From Candidatus Iainarchaeum sp. (lineage in GTDB: Archaea > Iainarchaeota > Iainarchaeia > Iainarchaeales > VGJJ01), in NCBI GenBank assembly GCA_043803765.1, contig JAZDJQ010000002.1, forward strand, positions 1-21,398: a stretch of 21,398 bases of DNA, given 5' to 3'. Shown here piece by piece: positions 15,164 to 21,398 of the stretch. The position numbers and the translations under genes are program-made. The notes beneath the pieces were generated by a model. It saw nothing but the letters and a program-made list of their open reading frames with translations, ran no database searches and had not been told where the DNA came from. The first letter of the stretch is position 1. Each line of letters opens with the position of its first letter.

Positions 15164-17653
15164 TTATTCGTCGCTTTTCCAGATGTGGTTTCCTCGTACG
15201 GCAGTACTAGGTTCCCTTGGTCGTGTACTTATGCGTGTGTTGGATGCACGAATGATAGGATTGTTTGATTCTCCAAGACTGCTCTTTACTGTTCGAATGC
15301 TCACAAAAATGAGTCCAATCACTACGATAAATCCTAGAATGAGCGGTAGGCTTCCTCCCACTCCTGATGCAAGTCCTGAAAATCCTGCAAGGAAATCGGA
15401 TTGATTTTCCGGGTTGAGAGTAGCTGCTCCGTCCGCAAACAAGAGTGGGGGTGTTCCTCCTGTTTCGGCGATGCTCGCTGCTTTTGTATTGGCGGTAGTA
15501 ATGTTGTAGATTGTTTTTCCAGTTAATACGATTTCAATTTCTTGTCCTTCATACAAATCGCTTATTTCAAATTGAATGAGCGGGTCATCCTTGAGAACGG
15601 TCATCGCGTAATTAGACTCTAATTGTTCGGCTAATTCGGCTAATTCCTTTGGAACATTCTCAATTAATTTTACATTTCCATGATTCGTTGTGTTTTTCCA
15701 CTTAATGACAAGTTGGAGGACATACTCATCATCCACTCCTTCTATGGGAACCACTCGTATTGTTTTGGTAATCCCCCATTTATTCATATAATCAACTATG
15801 CTTGTTCTCATCCCTTCGTTTTCTGCATTAAACCCTGCTAGTGATAACAGTCCTGCTACTGCATCTTCATTGAGTGAAATAGCATGCAACGCAGGCTCGA
15901 TGGAATCCATTTCGTCCTCTTGGGAATCGACATTATTTTGCACAGGTTGTGAGTTGTTTTCGGATTGTTCATTTTCAGTAGGTTTGGTTGACGGATCCTT
16001 AATCGTGTATGTTTTTTTTACACTGCATCCTCCTGCAGAGTATTTGTAAAACAAGTCAATGACTTTTCCTACTTGATTAGGAACGGCGATCTCCGCTTCA
16101 GCCGTAGTTCCTGTTCCTGTTTTCAAATCTTGTGTTCCTTGTTTTCCTGGAATGTTGGCGCGAAGCTGCCATACCTGACTGCTGGTTGTTGTTACCTTAA
16201 CAGTGGCACTTTCTCCCCCGTAGAGCGGGGGAACATCGAATACCGGGTTGAGCGTGCACGAACCGCCACCGCCTCCACCTCCGCCACCGCCACCGCTTCC
16301 ACTACCGCTCCCCGAATTACTGCTTCCGGAATTTGAACAACCGCTTGTGGTAGCTGAAACCTTTGTGGAAAAATCGCTCATGTTTCCTGCATTATCTCGT
16401 GATTTGACCCAGAAGAAATAAGCAGTACAAGCATCGAGTCCTGATACAGTAGTAGAAGTGCTGCTGGTGGTGGTAGCCTGGGAAGAAGCGGACGCATTAT
16501 CACTTGTGTGTCGAAAAACTAAATACTCTTTCACTCCGCTTGCTCCATCAGTAGAAGCACTCCACGTAAGCTCAATACTGTTCGTGTTAATGCTTCCATT
16601 GTTAAAACCGGATGGAACGGTTGGTGGAGTTCCATCATACTTGATGTCTACACTCACATCTGATGCGGTATTTCCCAATCCGTCTTTTACTGTAATCACG
16701 ATTGTTTTAGTTTCCGTTGTCGTACTACAATTAGGTCCTGTCGTAATGTCGAAGTCCGATATTTCGGTAGCAGCATCATTGAGCGTTCTTTCTACTCCTG
16801 TACTTGCTCCACTGCATTTGAGGAATGCTTTCATTTGTTTAACTCCACTTCCATCAGTAGCATTAATGGTGATAGTAGGAGTCGTGTCATTCGTATAACT
16901 GGTGGTGGCGCTCGCGGAAACACCCGTGGGAGCGTCCACATCGATAGTAAATGGGTAGTTTGTATCCACCCCATTTCCTGCCACGTCACTTATATGCACA
17001 CTCAAAACATGTGTTCCGCTCAAATTTACATCACTCGTCCAGGTGGCAGTTCCGCTCGTCATGGTAACATTGGTATCCGGTGTTCCATCAAAAGAAAACG
17101 TGAATGTGGCGTCATCCACTCCGCTTCCACCGCTTCCATCCGTTGCCGTGAATACAACGACTGGTTTTTTGTTGGTGGTAAAAAATGAGGAAGTGTATGG
17201 CGTCCCGTCGAATGTAGCACTCATGGTGGGTGCTGTTACATCCGCTGGAGTCGTTGTAAATGTTACAGGAACTCCGTTTGATGATGCGGGAAGAGTGGTA
17301 TCAACAAACACGTACCCGTCTGTTGCATTCGCATCAAACGTTAGGGCGTGTGTGCATGTGGCCGTTTCACTTACATTTCCATCACATCCTGCATCTACAA
17401 ACGTGAGAGATCCTTCTACCAAAATGTCGGTTCCTATTTCAAGCGTGTCGTTATCATTGCTGAGGTAAAATGAAACAGTGGGATTTACTCCCAAAAAGTT
17501 TTCATCCAAAAGGGTGAAATGAATCGAAACAGGGGCCCCATCTAAAACGGTGTAAGAAGAATCCGTTATTACTACGATTGGATCGGCCATCACAAAAGCA
17601 GCCAAAAAAATGATTCCTATTATTCCAGTCCATTTGAAAATTCCTCGTTTCAT
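15164..17653 (-). CDS. Large cell-surface protein: signal peptide, Ig-like repeats, FN3 domain, Gly/Ser linker, C-terminal TM anchor
   Basis: Signal MKRGIFKW...VMA. DxxAP/PP and D.xGN Ig-like signatures. FN3 segment SIELTWSAS...VSGLDACTAYFFWVKSRDNAGNMS. Poly-Gly linker, many NxS/T sequons and a TM helix LPLILGFIVVIGLIFVSI. Confidence 0.88.
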   Translation of the reverse strand: MKRGIFKWTGIIGIIFLAAFVMADPIVVITDSSYTVLDGAPVSIHFTLLDENFLGVNPTVSFYLSNDNDTLEIGTDILVEGSLTFVDAGCDGNVSETATCTHALTFDANATDGYVFVDTTLPASSNGVPVTFTTTPADVTAPTMSATFDGTPYTSSFFTTNKKPVVVFTATDGSGGSGVDDATFTFSFDGTPDTNVTMTSGTATWTSDVNLSGTHVLSVHISDVAGNGVDTNYPFTIDVDAPTGVSASATTSYTNDTTPTITINATDGSGVKQMKAFLKCSGASTGVERTLNDAATEISDFDITTGPNCSTTTETKTIVITVKDGLGNTASDVSVDIKYDGTPPTVPSGFNNGSINTNSIELTWSASTDGASGVKEYLVFRHTSDNASASSQATTTSSTSTTVSGLDACTAYFFWVKSRDNAGNMSDFSTKVSATTSGCSNSGSSNSGSGSGSGGGGGGGGGGGSCTLNPVFDVPPLYGGESATVKVTTTSSQVWQLRANIPGKQGTQDLKTGTGTTAEAEIAVPNQVGKVIDLFYKYSAGGCSVKKTYTIKDPSTKPTENEQSENNSQPVQNNVDSQEDEMDSIEPALHAISLNEDAVAGLLSLAGFNAENEGMRTSIVDYMNKWGITKTIRVVPIEGVDDEYVLQLVIKWKNTTNHGNVKLIENVPKELAELAEQLESNYAMTVLKDDPLIQFEISDLYEGQEIEIVLTGKTIYNITTANTKAASIAETGGTPPLLFADGAATLNPENQSDFLAGFSGLASGVGGSLPLILGFIVVIGLIFVSIRTVKSSLGESNNPIIRASNTRISTRPREPSTAVRGNHIWKSDE

Positions 17654-17747
17654 GTGATGACCCCCTTATTACACCGCGTATAGTCCTACCATTTTTGACA
17701 AGTATTTAAAGTCTTCGACTTCCCATCATGTAATAGGAGGAAAAAGG

Positions 17748-18584
17748 ATGGAGTTCCAACTGCGCACGGTTTTTTTCCTTGGAGTGTTGACGGCCCTGTT
17801 TCTCGCAATAGGGTATTATGTAGGAGGAATGGGTGGAATGATCGTGGCATTTTTCTTTGCTGCTATTCTAAACATTGGTTCGTATTTTTTTTCAGATAAA
17901 ATTGTGTTAGCCATGTATCGTGCAACTCCCGTTGATACTAAAACGAATCAGGGTTCTCGTATTTATGGGTTAGTTCAACGCGTTGCGAGTAAGATGCATC
18001 TCCCCCTTCCTAAAGTGTGTACGATTGAACAATCTTCTCCTAATGCCTTTGCTACGGGAAGGAATCCTCATCATGCCGCTATTGTTTTCACAACGGGCAT
18101 TCTTTCTTTGTTAAACGATGATGAATTGGAAGGAGTGATTGCCCATGAGCTTTCGCATGTGAAAAATAGGGACATATTGATTGCAAGTATGGCGGCGACT
18201 ATTGCCGGCGCGATTGGTATGCTTGCTCATTCATTAACCTGGATAGGTATGAGTGGAAGGGATGACAATCGAAATGTAGTAGGAATGATTCTCATTGCCA
18301 TTACCATTCCTATTGTTGCCACATTAGTGCAGCTTGCTGTTTCCCGTTCACGGGAATATTTGGCAGATGAGACGGCCGCTCATGCGTTGCATTCAGGTAG
18401 TGGTCTTGCTTCCGCACTGAAAAAACTGGAAAAAGGAATCCAACGCACTCCTTTCACGAAAGCCAATGAGGGAACCGCGCATTTGTTTATTGCCAATCCC
18501 TTTTCAGCAAACGGAATCATTGGATTGTTTGCAACGCACCCTCCTATTCAGGATAGAATTAAACGATTAGAATCGAGGTTTTAA
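17748..18584 (+). CDS. htpX: Zinc metalloprotease HtpX (M48)
   Basis: PNAFATGRNP, GVIAHELSHVKNRD, SRSREYLAD and FATHPPIQDRI. AGGAGG Shine-Dalgarno. Confidence 0.96.
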   Translation: MEFQLRTVFFLGVLTALFLAIGYYVGGMGGMIVAFFFAAILNIGSYFFSDKIVLAMYRATPVDTKTNQGSRIYGLVQRVASKMHLPLPKVCTIEQSSPNAFATGRNPHHAAIVFTTGILSLLNDDELEGVIAHELSHVKNRDILIASMAATIAGAIGMLAHSLTWIGMSGRDDNRNVVGMILIAITIPIVATLVQLAVSRSREYLADETAAHALHSGSGLASALKKLEKGIQRTPFTKANEGTAHLFIANPFSANGIIGLFATHPPIQDRIKRLESRF

Positions 18585-18621
18585 CCACTCCTAATTAATA
18601 CTTTCCTGATTTCTTTCCTTT

Positions 18622-19602
18622 ATGTCGTTGCGCTGGTTTTCCATTCTAATCACACTGATTATCATTTATTTGGCGGTCACACAATTAAACATTCCACTCA
18701 TCCTTAGATCATTTCTTTCAGCAGAATTGAACTACATCGGGTTTGCACTCGTTTTCTGGTTGCTCCTCATCACAATCAAGAGTATCAAGTGGCAACAAAT
18801 GATGCGTTCATTGAATAGTCATATTGGATTACGAGAATCCATCCGATTGTTGTTCATTGGTCTTTTCATCAGTGTAGCAACTCCGGGGAGATTAGGAGAC
18901 TTTGCGCGCGCGTATTACGTGAAAGACCGCTTACCAATTGGAAAAGGAATCATGGCCGTGCTCATTGACCGGGCAATGGACGTATTCACATTAGTGGTAT
19001 TGGCGACCATTGGATTAGCCATGCTAGCACAAACCAAAGGGGTCATGCTGGTCTCCCCTTTCTGGAGCGCGGGGATTTTGTTGCTATTGGGAGTTGGAAC
19101 ATATTTTTTATTGAAACGCAAGTGGGCGCGCTTTTTTTGGAGTAAAGGAAATAGAGTGCTTCCGCGTAAGTATCATGCGATTATCGAGAAATACGGTGGA
19201 CAATTCTACGATGCCATTCCTCTCCTGAAGAGGAGAACTCCACATCTCCTCCTTGCGGGGATGTGCACTCTTTTTGCGTGGGCCTGTTCCATTACGTTTG
19301 GATGGTTTATCCTGCTCAGCCTTGGACATGCACTCCACTGGGAGGTAGCACTGCTCACGATTCCCGCGCTGGCGCTCATGGAGATTATACCTGCAGGTAT
19401 CCTAGGTATTGGAACGAGGGAAGTGGCCGCGGTGATTGTGTTGGGGGCATACAGCGTTTCCCCCGAGAGTGCGATTGCGTTCTCACTTTTGTATTTTGCA
19501 TTAGGATATATTCCCAGCTTTCTCCTTGGCGCATACTTCTTCAATCGTCACCCTTTCCAGATGGGAAAAAAATACGGATGGAGCCATGCGCCTAATCTTT
19601 GA
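18622..19602 (+). CDS. Lysylphosphatidylglycerol-synthase TM / UPF0104 flippase-like membrane protein
   Basis: KSIKWQ, ATPGRLGDFAR, DRAMD and IPAGILGIGTRE motifs in a multi-pass protein. Confidence 0.87.
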   Translation: MSLRWFSILITLIIIYLAVTQLNIPLILRSFLSAELNYIGFALVFWLLLITIKSIKWQQMMRSLNSHIGLRESIRLLFIGLFISVATPGRLGDFARAYYVKDRLPIGKGIMAVLIDRAMDVFTLVVLATIGLAMLAQTKGVMLVSPFWSAGILLLLGVGTYFLLKRKWARFFWSKGNRVLPRKYHAIIEKYGGQFYDAIPLLKRRTPHLLLAGMCTLFAWACSITFGWFILLSLGHALHWEVALLTIPALALMEIIPAGILGIGTREVAAVIVLGAYSVSPESAIAFSLLYFALGYIPSFLLGAYFFNRHPFQMGKKYGWSHAPNL

Positions 19603-21208
19603 GATAATGAAGGTTTCCCTCATACAAAATGAAGTTTCCTCTCCGGCTAATCTCATGAGCGTTTTCTAAAGGAGGATATTGTGTGATATTCACCACCACA
19701 TATGTCATGGGATATTTTTCCAAAAAATCGGGCACGCAGGAAACACAACGCGTGGCTTGGAGGGCACGATAATCATCCGACTGCTGATACAATTTTTTGG
19801 CACCAGGTGTTTGTAGGAATTGTAGGGTCAGCATAAAATGAGCACCCCGCGGGTCGGCTGGAATTTTACGGCTATATTGGGCCATCTTTCCAATTCCATC
19901 ACTCAAAAACAATACCGGTACGATGCGCGTGTCGTAGGTGGATAACCATTGGGCAAATTGTGCTTCCTCCAAATTTGATTTGCTACCCTTTGCATAGGAT
20001 TCCATGCTGGTAGATGTTCCCAGAATTAGCATTCCTGTCACGAGTAGAACAGCGGCCCCCGCACGGAATCGCTTTGACGGAACCATTTTGCCAAAAAAGT
20101 GTGAACCGAGTAGCACGACTCCTATCAAAGAAAATGCGGGGAGTTTGGTTCCAATAATTAAGTCTGGAATGAATGCATTCAAGAAAACGGCCACAATCAA
20201 TCCGCCAATGCCAATCAAAAGGAGTGTTTGTTCAGCATGCGTGAGGCGCTCGCGCCGATAAAGAGCAATTATTCCAAATGCCAGAGAGAAGAGTGTGGGA
20301 ATAATTCCTACCAGAAAAATATTGCCAATCAGCCCGTTTAGAGTGGGCAGTGCCGTAGGTGCAAGGGGTATTTTTTCCAATCCTGAGAAGGGAAGAAAAA
20401 GGAAAACAAACACGGGGAGCGCAATGAGAGCCACTCCCCCAATTGTATACAAGATATTTTTCCACGCGGGCCGAAACAGCAGCACCCATGCAACCCCATT
20501 GAGAAAACCAATATAGGGGTGGGTTACCGCCGCCGCCCCCAGAAGGAGAAAACCAAGTTTAGATTTTTGTTGAAGTAAGTGAATCGCCATCAGTCCCAAC
20601 CCTGCGGCCAGCATCCATGGATATTCGCCAAGCAATACGTTGTAAAACGGGAGGCGGGTCGTGAGAAAGACGAGGGGAATCCATTCCACACTTATTGAAG
20701 AGAGACCGATGTGTTTTCCAACAAGCATCAGTCCCGTGAGCAAGAGTGCAATACCAATCAGGGAAAATCCCCATAGCGCAGTATGAATAGGAATACCCAG
20801 TCCTGCCAGTTGATGCGCAATGACAGGAAGCCCCATTTGATAGAATAACGGTAGGTTAAAGTAGGGAAGATACGTCGAGGGAATTTGATTTGTGAGGATG
20901 AGCGTGGCCACACTAGGGGTGGCATCCGCACTCAGGTCAAACCCGCCTTGCAATCCAAAGAAAACGATTCCCATGCACAAGACGATAAACAGAAATGCCA
21001 TTCCCGCGTGGGGCAATGCGGGTACATTCGTTTCCTCGTGTGGAAATTTTTTTAGCAATTCAAATGTTACAAGCAGGGAAACGAGTCCCACGACCGGTGT
21101 TAATAATCCGGCGTACCCTGCCCAGAGGGAAAGTATAATCCATACTCCCAGGAAGAGGGAAAACCCCTCAAGCAGGGGAAGGACAACAGAACGAAGAGTA
21201 TGCATCAT
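19592..21208 (-). CDS. Polytopic membrane protein, possible GT-C-fold glycosyltransferase
   Basis: Roughly a dozen TM segments, an early loop with DLSADA...YLPY...FYQMG, and a soluble C-terminal domain ending YVVVN...FILYE. It overlaps the convergent flippase-like gene by 11 bp. Confidence 0.7.
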   Translation of the reverse strand: MMHTLRSVVLPLLEGFSLFLGVWIILSLWAGYAGLLTPVVGLVSLLVTFELLKKFPHEETNVPALPHAGMAFLFIVLCMGIVFFGLQGGFDLSADATPSVATLILTNQIPSTYLPYFNLPLFYQMGLPVIAHQLAGLGIPIHTALWGFSLIGIALLLTGLMLVGKHIGLSSISVEWIPLVFLTTRLPFYNVLLGEYPWMLAAGLGLMAIHLLQQKSKLGFLLLGAAAVTHPYIGFLNGVAWVLLFRPAWKNILYTIGGVALIALPVFVFLFLPFSGLEKIPLAPTALPTLNGLIGNIFLVGIIPTLFSLAFGIIALYRRERLTHAEQTLLLIGIGGLIVAVFLNAFIPDLIIGTKLPAFSLIGVVLLGSHFFGKMVPSKRFRAGAAVLLVTGMLILGTSTSMESYAKGSKSNLEEAQFAQWLSTYDTRIVPVLFLSDGIGKMAQYSRKIPADPRGAHFMLTLQFLQTPGAKKLYQQSDDYRALQATRCVSCVPDFLEKYPMTYVVVNITQYPPLENAHEISRRGNFILYEGNLHYLKD

Positions 21209-21274
21209 CTCACCGGATACTTGACCATCCTCCCTTTAAATGAGTAAAGGGCTTTTCAGGGCTTGTTGAAATCC

Positions 21275-21318
21275 TTTATAAATAGCCTAAAATAGGAGGT
21301 TTTGCCTCCTACTTTAGG
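21275..21318 (+). promoter_or_regulatory. TATA box followed by a 14-bp-arm inverted repeat
   Basis: TTTATAAATA at 21275-21284, then CCTAAAATAGGAGG-TTTTG-CCTCCTACTTTAGG at 21286-21318. Confidence 0.6.
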
Positions 21319-21328
21319 TGGTTTTCGT

Positions 21329-21398
21329 ATGAGTATTCTGATTCCTGTCGAATATAATTCCTTCTATTCGCTCGCGGAGCGAGCCTTTAGCGAGGCTC
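21329..21398 (+). CDS. 5' end of a gene running off the window (MSILIPVEYNSFYSLAERAFSEA...)
   Basis: An AGGTGG Shine-Dalgarno 7 nt before the ATG. The frame is open to the window end and a promoter lies upstream. Confidence 0.5.
   Translation, partial: MSILIPVEYNSFYSLAERAFSEA

Noticed and set aside
16263-16335. CCR-type tandem repeat or CRISPR-like array
   Set aside because: It encodes the Gly/Ser linker of the surface protein. No repeat-spacer periodicity was seen anywhere in the window.
21333-21352. 5' end of 16S rRNA (ATTCTGATTCCTGTCG)
   Set aside because: It resembles ATTCYGGTTGATCCYGCC only superficially, and the downstream sequence does not follow 16S.

Overview
This 21.4-kb window is archaeal: it has TATA/BRE-type promoters, an A1-U72 tRNA-Gln, CCA-less tRNA genes and a geranylgeranyl reductase. 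Gene style suggests a DPANN lineage such as Iainarchaeota/Micrarchaeota (inference only). The backbone encodes a HerA/VirB4-like ATPase, tRNA-Ala(CGC), a ferredoxin, pyrG, GGR, a large Ig/FN3 surface protein, htpX and membrane/glycosylation proteins. Two accessory loci stand out. (1) At 9293-10556 a tRNA-Gln-type gene appears to have lost its middle. Its 5' 22 nt (still behind a promoter) and 3' 17 nt, with fully complementary acceptor strands, enclose a free-standing LAGLIDADG endonuclease whose last codons and stop lie inside a second, intact but recoded tRNA-Gln(CTG). This looks like a natural 'home-and-rescue' homing element. (2) At about 2087-4498 an HNH nuclease plus AbiE-like type IV toxin-antitoxin cassette is bracketed by two diverged copies of an unannotated ~77-nt structured motif with a UUCG/GAAA tetraloop swap. 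An IS200/IS605 right-end-like remnant lies next to the tRNA-Ala promoter. All calls were made by eye; no searches were run.
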